This document shows, piece after piece, positions 16,813 to 25,790 of a stretch of DNA of 32,000 bases. The position numbers were made by a program, and so were the translations under genes. Every line of letters begins with the position of its first letter. Positions within the stretch are counted from its first letter, which is position 1. Source of the DNA: Candidatus Saccharimonadota bacterium (GTDB taxonomy: Bacteria > Patescibacteriota > Saccharimonadia > Saccharimonadales > Saccharimonadaceae); contig CP075337.1 of NCBI GenBank assembly GCA_025349965.1, positions 450,001 through 482,000 of the forward strand. The letters are read 5' to 3'. Under the pieces are notes generated by a model that had not been told where the DNA came from, ran no database searches, and saw nothing but the letters and a program-made list of their open reading frames with translations.

Positions 16813-17301
16813 TTAGCTTGTTTTAATGCGTCGATAGCTAAACTTTGAGTGAGGACGCCAACCACCACGCGCATCACTGTCAAACTGATAGATAGTGCCG
16901 TTTTTTACTTCACGAATCATAATGAGTGCAGGGCTATAGGGTGCAAGTGTTTTATAGAAAGCAATGTCGTGCTCGCTCACTGCTTTACGCCCTGGAAATA
17001 CCTCATTGAACTTTTGCACACCGACTTCGTCAAAATAATGAGGGTGCCCTCTAGGTGGAAGATACATCTCAGCTGCAAGTCCAGCGCGGCTAACGATCTT
17101 TCGAACATCAGAAAGAAGAAGAGGTGCTTCACCATGCACATAAAGCATCAATAATTTCTTTTTTGTAAGATAGAGTGTCGCTTCTAGACTTCGCCCCACC
17201 GGAAAGTTCCGAGCAACAACCGAATCAATATCGCCATGCACACCAAACTGGGCAGTAATCTGACGTTCCATGGCGACATCTTCATAAAGTTGGTCGTTCA
17301 T
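16813..17301 (-). CDS. Hypothetical protein (162 aa, soluble, no recognised domain)
   Basis: It is a clean ORF with an ATG start. A TACAAT box lies 9 nt upstream, followed by GGGGG. It is divergent from the helicase gene across a 41-bp gap. Confidence 0.6.
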   Translation of the reverse strand: MNDQLYEDVAMERQITAQFGVHGDIDSVVARNFPVGRSLEATLYLTKKKLLMLYVHGEAPLLLSDVRKIVSRAGLAAEMYLPPRGHPHYFDEVGVQKFNEVFPGRKAVSEHDIAFYKTLAPYSPALIMIREVKNGTIYQFDSDARGGWRPHSKFSYRRIKTS

Positions 17302-17310
17302 AATACCCCC

Positions 17311-17316
17311 ATTGTA
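17311..17316 (-). promoter_or_regulatory. -10 box TACAAT (in TAGTACAAT) for the 162-aa ORF
   Basis: The reverse complement of ATTGTA is TACAAT. It sits back to back with the helicase -10 box. Confidence 0.4.
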
Positions 17317-17329
17317 CTACGGCGTGGGG

Positions 17330-17335
17330 TATACT
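17330..17335 (+). promoter_or_regulatory. -10 box TATACT, 7 nt from the helicase ATG
   Basis: TATACT is at 17330-17335 and the ATG is at 17343. Confidence 0.45.
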
Positions 17336-17342
17336 AAAAGGA

Positions 17343-20300
17343 ATGAGCTTTGATACCCGCTACAACCGCCTAAACGATGCACAAAAACAAGCTGTCACTA
17401 CTATTGACGGACCTGTCATGATCGTAGCTGGGCCGGGGACGGGAAAAACCGAACTTTTGAGCGTCCGCATTGCCAATATTCTTCAAAAAACCGACACACT
17501 TCCAGAGAATATTCTTTGTCTTACTTTTACTGAAAGCGGGCAGGCAGCCATGCGTGAACGCTTGGTTGGTATTATCGGCAAAGATGCCTACAAAGTAGCG
17601 ATTCACACCTTCCACAGTTTCGGGAGTGAAATCATTAGTCAGAACCGAGAATACTTCTATAATAACGCGCAGTTTGAGCCGGCAGATGAGCTAAAGCAAT
17701 ATGAAATTATCCGCGGAATCTTCGAGGAACTACCCTTTGATAGTCCACTAGCCAGTATGCAGAATGGCGAATACACCCATCTTCGTGATGCGCTCAAAAC
17801 AATTTCCGAGCTCAAGCGAAACAGCGCCCTCACAAGTGACGAGCTTCGTGCCATAATTGAGCAAAATGAAGCATCGCTTGATTTTATCGAACCACTCCTA
17901 CAGCCCATCCTTGAGGCGCGCGTCGGCAAGCAAACCGCCTCGCAACTTGCAGAACTGCTCGTACCAATTACAGGGCATACTCAGGGCCTTGAGCCGCTCT
18001 ACGGTATTATTCCATTCGCACAGGTTTTTCTCAATTCGCTCGCCAATGTTATCCAAGAAGCCGAGACGATCCATCCAACGAAACCTATCTCCGCGTGGAA
18101 AACGCATTGGCTTGAGCGCGATGCAAATAAGCGACTCGTATTCAAGGATCGTAAACGCCTTACAAAGCTCAAAGAGGTTGTTCACATTTATTTCCAATAT
18201 CTTACGCGCATGGAGAAAGCCGCTCTTTACGACTTCGACGATATGATCATGCAAGTAGTGCACGCCGTCGAAACACAACCAGATCTTCGCTACAATCTTC
18301 AAGAAAAATATTTATACATTATGGTTGACGAGTTTCAGGACACCAACCTCGCCCAACTTCGTATTCTTCATAATCTCACTGACAATCCTGTCAACGAAGG
18401 TGCCCCGAATATCCTGGTTGTAGGGGATGACGACCAGGCTATCTACAGCTTCCAAGGTGCCGACATCAGTAATATTCTCACATTCTCAGACACTTACCCA
18501 ACACGGTCGCTCGTCGTACTAACAGAAAACTATCGGTCAGGGGCGGCGATACTGACATCATCCCGCGAAGTCATTACGCAAGGAGGCGATCGTCTTGAAA
18601 CACGCATCCCCGAACTCAATAAACAACTCTCTGCCAACCAAAAAGACGCGGGCTCAATCTCGCTCTGGGAAGCTTCGTCGGTTCAAGCTGAACGACAAGC
18701 AATTATTACCGACATCGGCAAACGTATTGCCGAGGGGGCGCTTGCGTCTAGTATTGCCGTTCTGGCTCGCCATCACGCGGACATAAAAAGCCTCCTTCCG
18801 TACTTCGCGCACGCAGGTATTCCAGTACGATACGAGCACCAAGAGAATGCACTGGACGCAGAACCTATACTTGCATTGACATCAGTCGCAGAGCTTGTTG
18901 TTGCGCTTTCAAATGGAGACCATGACACCGTGGAGGCGCTTCTGCCAACAATCCTCGCGCATCCAGCTTGGAATATACCCGCAACCTCTCTCTGGAAGCT
19001 GAGCCTTACTGCCTATAAGAATCATCAAAATTGGACAGAAATCATGGCGACAACACCAGAATTCGTACCTGTTCTAGAATGGCTTCTTGCGCGTGCTCAA
19101 GAGTCGGCCACTTTTACCCTTGAAGCGAGCATCGACCGCCTCATTGGTGTGCCCGAAGAAGGTGAGTGGGCTCCTTATTACGACTATTTCTTTTCAAGCG
19201 AAAAACTTACCGCTCACCCAAGTCGCTATCTCGAGCACCTTAATGCACTTCGTGTCATTCGCACTCGACTTCGTGAGTATGGCGGAGCTGAAAATCCAAC
19301 GCTAAAGGAATTCGTATCCTTCGTCGCACTCCATCGACAACTGGACATCCGCATCGCTGTCACACAAGACACACTCACGGAAGATGGCGACGCTGTTCAT
19401 CTCATGACTGCACACAAATCAAAGGGGCTTGAGTTTGAAACTGTCTACGTATTCAATGGAGTAGACTCTATTTGGGGACAGAGCGTCCGCTCAAGAAGCA
19501 GCTCCATTGCATATCCGGCCAATCTTCCCCTTACTGCCAATAGTAATACAGCGGATGAACGCATGCGCCTTTATTACGTAGCGATGACCCGTGCAAAGAG
19601 CACCCTCATTCTTACATATAGCACCCTCAATGACACTGACAAGGCTACACTCAAAGCTGATTTTCTTGTTGCACTCGATACACCCATTGACCACATCGAT
19701 CCAAAAGAACAAGGCTCTGTCATGGAAATAAACGAGATTGCCGATTTAGCGTGGCACGGTCAGCGACGGCTTTCCGAACCCACTACCGATTTAGAGGTAC
19801 TTCTTCAGCCAACACTGGCGAATTTCAAGCTAAGCGCCACTTCTCTTAATAATTTCCTCGATGTCACAAGAGGTGGCCCGCGCACCTTCCTTTTGAATAA
19901 TCTCCTCCGCTTTCCAAGCGCTAAAAGTGCTGCTGCAACATACGGAACAGCCGTTCACACCACCATGCAAAAAGCGCACACGCACATTCGAGCAGTGGGC
20001 GAACAGAAGCCACTTGAAGATATCTTGCATGATTTTGAAGTTTCACTAAGAAACAGTCGCCTCTCTAAGAAAGATTTTGAATTTTACCTTGCACAGGGAA
20101 GGGCGCACCTCACCACCTTCATCGAGTCTGGAATTCTTCCTATGACAACAACCCAGAAAGCTGAAGTTAACTTTGCCTCTCAAGGAGTCCACTGTGACGA
20201 TGCGCACATAACAGGGGCACTTGACCTTATCGATATCAACGAAGAGGAAAAAACAATCACTGTTACAGACTATAAGACCGGTAGCCCCGCAAACGCATGG

Positions 20301-20630
20301 GGTAGGGGCACAGAGTATACCAAGGTAAAACTCCATAAGTATCGACAACAGCTCTTGTTTTACAAGTTACTCATAGAGAATTCTGGCCTTTACACGGGAT
20401 ATACGGTAACACATGGTCAGCTGGCTTTTATACAGCCAGATAAGTCGGGCGCGCCCGTAGTCCTCAGTATGGAGTTCTCGGATAAGGAAGAGTTAGAACG
20501 AACACGGAAGCTCATCAATGCAACGTGGAAAAGGATTACCTCGCTTGACCTGCCGGATACTACAGCATACCCCGAGACACTTGAGGGTATTATCGCTTTT
20601 GAAGACACCCTTATTGACGAAGTAGTATAA
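17343..20630 (+). CDS. UvrD/PcrA/AddA-type SF1 helicase fused to a C-terminal PD-(D/E)xK (RecB/Cas4-like) nuclease domain
   Basis: The helicase motifs are Walker A AGPGTGKT, DEFQDTN, VGDDDQAIYSFQGA, ENYRS and VHLMTAHKSKGLEF..YVAMTRAK. The C-terminal nuclease signature is GALDLID...VTDYKTG...KYRQQLLFYKLL. Confidence 0.85.
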   Translation: MSFDTRYNRLNDAQKQAVTTIDGPVMIVAGPGTGKTELLSVRIANILQKTDTLPENILCLTFTESGQAAMRERLVGIIGKDAYKVAIHTFHSFGSEIISQNREYFYNNAQFEPADELKQYEIIRGIFEELPFDSPLASMQNGEYTHLRDALKTISELKRNSALTSDELRAIIEQNEASLDFIEPLLQPILEARVGKQTASQLAELLVPITGHTQGLEPLYGIIPFAQVFLNSLANVIQEAETIHPTKPISAWKTHWLERDANKRLVFKDRKRLTKLKEVVHIYFQYLTRMEKAALYDFDDMIMQVVHAVETQPDLRYNLQEKYLYIMVDEFQDTNLAQLRILHNLTDNPVNEGAPNILVVGDDDQAIYSFQGADISNILTFSDTYPTRSLVVLTENYRSGAAILTSSREVITQGGDRLETRIPELNKQLSANQKDAGSISLWEASSVQAERQAIITDIGKRIAEGALASSIAVLARHHADIKSLLPYFAHAGIPVRYEHQENALDAEPILALTSVAELVVALSNGDHDTVEALLPTILAHPAWNIPATSLWKLSLTAYKNHQNWTEIMATTPEFVPVLEWLLARAQESATFTLEASIDRLIGVPEEGEWAPYYDYFFSSEKLTAHPSRYLEHLNALRVIRTRLREYGGAENPTLKEFVSFVALHRQLDIRIAVTQDTLTEDGDAVHLMTAHKSKGLEFETVYVFNGVDSIWGQSVRSRSSSIAYPANLPLTANSNTADERMRLYYVAMTRAKSTLILTYSTLNDTDKATLKADFLVALDTPIDHIDPKEQGSVMEINEIADLAWHGQRRLSEPTTDLEVLLQPTLANFKLSATSLNNFLDVTRGGPRTFLLNNLLRFPSAKSAAATYGTAVHTTMQKAHTHIRAVGEQKPLEDILHDFEVSLRNSRLSKKDFEFYLAQGRAHLTTFIESGILPMTTTQKAEVNFASQGVHCDDAHITGALDLIDINEEEKTITVTDYKTGSPANAWGRGTEYTKVKLHKYRQQLLFYKLLIENSGLYTGYTVTHGQLAFIQPDKSGAPVVLSMEFSDKEELERTRKLINATWKRITSLDLPDTTAYPETLEGIIAFEDTLIDEVV

Positions 20631-20634
20631 AATG

Positions 20635-20643
20635 TGATATACT
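20635..20643 (+). promoter_or_regulatory. Extended -10 promoter TGATATACT driving the noncoding/GC-rich unit
   Basis: The 9-mer is identical to the dus (21396) and LLM (10407) promoters. It lies 5 nt after the helicase stop. Confidence 0.5.
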
Positions 20644-20649
20644 ATAGAT

Positions 20650-21100
20650 ATAGACACGATGAGTCGCAACAATTGTGTATTTCTTCATCTTGAAAGTGAA
20701 AAAGTGCATAGCTGTTGCGATTCTCTGTCTGTACATTGACAGAGATAGCACTAATGTTCTGATACGTGGCATTGCCCGCCTCCGATCCCCCAAATATTCG
20801 GAGGCTACCCACTTCCCCCTCGGGTAGTATCAGAACGCCGCCCGCTGGGCAAGAAAGGCAATGGTGCGTGGATTCCGAGAAATGACTCTCCGCGCACTTG
20901 TAGCACTCTTGTCCAGCGGGCCCCAAGCTTCCGCCCGTCAAGTGGAAGAAAACAGGGGGGATCTCTCACGGTTAGGCGAAAGAGAGCAGGGGACGACAAA
21001 GGCGTCGTCGTCAGCTCTTCGTCTGAGAGATCCCCCCGCCAAGCTTTATACACCCTCATTTTACGCACATCGCGTAAAATACCTTCAACCGAAAGGAAAT
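20650..21100 (+). ncRNA. Candidate structured RNA or long structured leader, unclassified
   Basis: The helices, in order, are:
- 20722-29 pairing with 20738-45.
- The hairpin at 20778-20805.
- The hairpin at 20805-20827.
- 20840-53 pairing with 20908-21 (14 bp, 1 G-U).
- 20864-71 pairing with 20890-97 (8 bp, 1 G-U).
- The 83-nt rod hairpin at 20955-21037.
- The 9-bp hairpin at 21058-21080.
The G-U pairs are allowed only on the plus-strand transcript. No coding signal is visible. Confidence 0.45.
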
Positions 21101-21101
21101 C

Positions 21102-21260
21102 ATGGGAGGATACCAGGACGAGCTGGCGCGTAAGGCGCGCGAAAAGGCTAACCAGGCCAAGGGTACGCCCGAGTACGACAAGCTCGCTCGAGAGGCAGAT
21201 GCCCGTGAAGCGGACGTCAACGATTCGCTTCGGCGAGCAGGGCAGAACGCGAAGTACTAA
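21102..21260 (+). CDS. Small ORF, 52 aa (MGGYQDELARKAREKANQAKGTPEYDKLAREADAREADVNDSLRRAGQNAKY), below the ORF-track cutoff
   Basis: The ATG is preceded by GAAAGGA at a 4-nt spacing. The product is charged and probably helical. Codons are GC3-rich (AAG, GAG, GAC, CGC), like the surface protein gene. I recognise no family. Confidence 0.4.
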   Translation: MGGYQDELARKAREKANQAKGTPEYDKLAREADAREADVNDSLRRAGQNAKY

Positions 21261-21344
21261 CCTTCGGCCCGAGCGGACGTCATGCGGTACTCATTCCTGA
21301 GTTCGGCTGGCGCAAAACCTGGGACAACAACTGCTATCTCTGTC

Positions 21345-21393
21345 CGCTCAACTCGTTTCACAAAGTATTGTGGCCCGAGTTGAGCGTTTTTTT
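21345..21393 (+). terminator. Rho-independent terminator (two-tier hairpin plus T7)
   Basis: An 11-bp stem pairs CGCTCAACTCG (21345-55) with CGAGTTGAGCG (21376-86). An inner 5-bp stem pairs CACAA with TTGTG. It is followed by TTTTTTT (21387-93). Confidence 0.8.
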
Positions 21394-21395
21394 AA

Positions 21396-21404
21396 TGATA
21401 TACT
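21396..21404 (+). promoter_or_regulatory. Extended -10 promoter TGATATACT for dus
   Basis: It lies 10 nt upstream of the ATG at 21415. Confidence 0.5.
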
Positions 21405-21414
21405 AGGTAAAGTA

Positions 21415-22386
21415 ATGGATAACTTCTGGAACAATCTCCCAAAACCGTTTTTTATTCTTGCCCCGATGGAGGCGGTGACTGACGTTGTCTTTCGTCACGT
21501 CGTCATGAAGGCGGGCCGTCCTGACATTTTCTTTACCGAGTTCACTAACACTGCAAGCTTCTGTAGCCCAAAGGGGATTCATAGCACTCGCGGACGTCTT
21601 GCATTTACTGAAGATGAACACCCGATGGTGGCACAAATTTGGGGCGCTCGCCCTGAACATTTCCGCGAGATGGCACATGGCCTTAAAGAGCTTGGCTTCA
21701 AAGGCATTGATGTAAATATGGGCTGCCCAGATAAGTCCGTCGTAAAGAGCGGGGGAGGCAGTGGCCTTATTCGCACCCCGGAACTGGCTGCTGAAATTGT
21801 TGCCGCAACCAAAGAAGCTGGACTCCCCGTAAGCGTTAAGACACGCCTTGGTGATGTTCGCACCGACGAATGGCGCGACTGGCTGACACACATCCTCAAA
21901 CAGGATGTCGTTAACCTCACTATCCACCTCCGCACCCGCAAAGAGATGAGTAAAGTGGAAGCGCACTATGAACTTATTCCTGAAATTAAAGCGCTCCGTG
22001 ATGAAATTGCCCCGCAAACACTCCTTACTATTAACGGTGACATTCGTGACCGTAAGCACGGACTTGAACTAGCAGAGCAGTATGGTATTGACGGCATCAT
22101 GATTGGTCGAGGTATATTCAAAGACCCGTTTGCATTCACAGAAGGACAGTGGAAATCATTATCTGCCGAAGCGCAGCAAAAAGCGCTATTTGAGCTTCTT
22201 CACTTACACCTCGACCTGTTCGACAAATACACCAAAGAGCTCGAACATCGACCCTATGACGTACTAAAACGCTTTTTTAAAGTATACCTTCATAGCTTTC
22301 CAGGCGCCGCTGAACTTCGCGACAAAATGATGCACACCAAGAACACTGATCAAGCACGCGAAGCGCTCAGTCTCTTTGCTCAATAA
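21415..22386 (+). CDS. dus: tRNA-dihydrouridine synthase
   Basis: Motifs are [22 protein letters not shown] and TIHLRT. The ATG at 21415 is preferred because the track start at 21370 lies inside the upstream terminator hairpin. Confidence 0.9.
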   Translation: MDNFWNNLPKPFFILAPMEAVTDVVFRHVVMKAGRPDIFFTEFTNTASFCSPKGIHSTRGRLAFTEDEHPMVAQIWGARPEHFREMAHGLKELGFKGIDVNMGCPDKSVVKSGGGSGLIRTPELAAEIVAATKEAGLPVSVKTRLGDVRTDEWRDWLTHILKQDVVNLTIHLRTRKEMSKVEAHYELIPEIKALRDEIAPQTLLTINGDIRDRKHGLELAEQYGIDGIMIGRGIFKDPFAFTEGQWKSLSAEAQQKALFELLHLHLDLFDKYTKELEHRPYDVLKRFFKVYLHSFPGAAELRDKMMHTKNTDQAREALSLFAQ

Positions 22387-22398
22387 GCACGCCGCTTA

Positions 22399-22407
22399 TG
22401 CTATAAT
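22399..22407 (+). promoter_or_regulatory. Consensus extended -10 promoter TGCTATAAT, 7 nt from the ATG (leaderless-type)
   Basis: TGCTATAAT is at 22399-22407 and the ATG is at 22415. Confidence 0.55.
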
Positions 22408-22414
22408 CAGTCCA

Positions 22415-23044
22415 ATGATCTTGAAAAAAGAAAAGCTGGTTGGGTTTACAATTGTAGAGCTTCTTATCGTGATAGTAGTTATAGCCATCTTGGCGACCAT
22501 TACCGTCGTCGCCTATGAGGGCATTTCCGTAAAAGCAAGAAATGCCTCAACACTCCATGCTATTAAAACATACGAGAAAGCACTTAAATCGTACGCATCT
22601 CAACATGATGCGTACCCCGATTTCTGGGGGTCGGTGTGTCTTGGCGAGGGCTACCTCGATAGAAATAATGATTCCCTAGGCGACTGCGGTGCCGAAGATT
22701 ACCCAGCACTAGAGAGCACGGCCTTTAACGCTAGCCTTCGCACTATTGTTTCGTCGCTTCCGCCGGTAAGCACTAAAAGTATCTCTGCGCCAGGTGGGAA
22801 TATAGGGTGGGTGGGCGCCTTTATTATGCGCTGGGACGACATCACCTTTAATGGGCATACCGCACCGTATACAATTGCTTATATTCTAGAAGGGTCAGCT
22901 CAACAGTGTGGCCACGGCGCTACAATGGAGACCATCCCTGGCCAGAATTGGCCGACCACCCGAACAAGTACCACTGGGTATTCATGGACAGACAGCAGGT
23001 CAACCGTCTGCCATATTTCGCTTCCAAACCCCTCTCAGCTATAA
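22415..23044 (+). CDS. Type IV pilin-like protein (prepilin N-terminal methylation domain)
   Basis: The class III signal is MILKKEKLVG/FTIVELLIVIVVIAILATI, followed by a Cys-containing C-terminal globular part. Confidence 0.85.
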   Translation: MILKKEKLVGFTIVELLIVIVVIAILATITVVAYEGISVKARNASTLHAIKTYEKALKSYASQHDAYPDFWGSVCLGEGYLDRNNDSLGDCGAEDYPALESTAFNASLRTIVSSLPPVSTKSISAPGGNIGWVGAFIMRWDDITFNGHTAPYTIAYILEGSAQQCGHGATMETIPGQNWPTTRTSTTGYSWTDSRSTVCHISLPNPSQL

Positions 23045-23077
23045 AAAATAACCGTTCCATTCAAGAACGGTTATTTT
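23045..23077. terminator. Bidirectional terminator between the pilin gene and atpC
   Basis: A perfect 13-bp stem pairs AAAATAACCGTTC with GAACGGTTATTTT around a 7-nt loop. A-runs and T-runs flank it on both sides. Confidence 0.8.
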
Positions 23078-23090
23078 AAAATACTCCACC

Positions 23091-23513
23091 TTATCGGCGT
23101 CGGCGTCGCTGCAACTCTGCCACACGCAGACGTACTGTATGACGGTCAATGAGCTGGTGCGCCTTATCAAGTTCAACTTGATCCTGCGCCTCATCACGAA
23201 GCTTCAGTGCACGCTCAAGCGCGGCCTGTGATTCAGCCTCAATGATATCATCGCCATGATCAGCTTCGTCAACTAGCACACGGATAGAATCAGGATTTAC
23301 CTCAATCACTCCGCCGCTAATAGCGAAGTACTCAAGCTTATCATCGCCGTCCTTTTTGTCGTGGCGAACCACAAGTGTTCCTGGGGCGGCCATCGTTACG
23401 AGTGGCTCGTGCCCTGGGAACACCGCAATATCACCAGCGGTTGTTGGCGCCATAAGCTCATAGATCTTATCATCGACGCTAACGCCGCTGAGGGTAATGA
23501 GCTGCAAGTGCAT
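23091..23513 (-). CDS. atpC: F1 ATP synthase subunit epsilon
   Basis: It is the last gene of the atp operon. The beta-sandwich N-terminus is typical (LQLITLSGVSVDDKIYELMAPTTAGDIAVFPGHEPL). Confidence 0.9.
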   Translation of the reverse strand: MHLQLITLSGVSVDDKIYELMAPTTAGDIAVFPGHEPLVTMAAPGTLVVRHDKKDGDDKLEYFAISGGVIEVNPDSIRVLVDEADHGDDIIEAESQAALERALKLRDEAQDQVELDKAHQLIDRHTVRLRVAELQRRRRR

Positions 23514-23515
23514 GA

Positions 23516-25790
<2,275 letters not shown>

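Noticed and set aside
20642-21133. Track ORFs 20642-20941 (-), 20805-21068 (-) and 20861-21133 (+) in the helicase-dus spacer.
   Set aside because: They have no RBS, run straight through the strong hairpins, and have low-complexity or odd composition. The region is better explained as structured RNA.
20631-21394. Retron (msr/msd with a1/a2 repeats) interpretation of the flanking 12-bp inverted repeat plus the long hairpin.
   Set aside because: No reverse transcriptase gene lies downstream or anywhere in the window. The 583-nt distance between the inverted repeats is far larger than known msr-msd units. I kept it only as a structural analogy.
20631-21394. RNase P RNA, tmRNA, SRP (4.5S) RNA or 6S RNA identity for the structured region.
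   Set aside because: The diagnostic motifs are absent on either strand:
- No GAGGAAAGUCC / ACAGAA..GGCUUA P4 motif.
- No tRNA-like GGUUCGAAUCC..CCA end or tag ORF.
- No GNRA-capped helix-8 AGCA/GGAA motif.
20631-21409. Direct repeat AATG(TG)ATATACTA at both ends of the helicase-dus spacer, considered as a target-site duplication of an insertion.
   Set aside because: The same TGATATACT word also occurs at 10407 as a promoter, so the repeat is most simply two copies of the lineage's -10 consensus. Insertion is still possible but is better supported by the TCTCTGTC copies and the composition.
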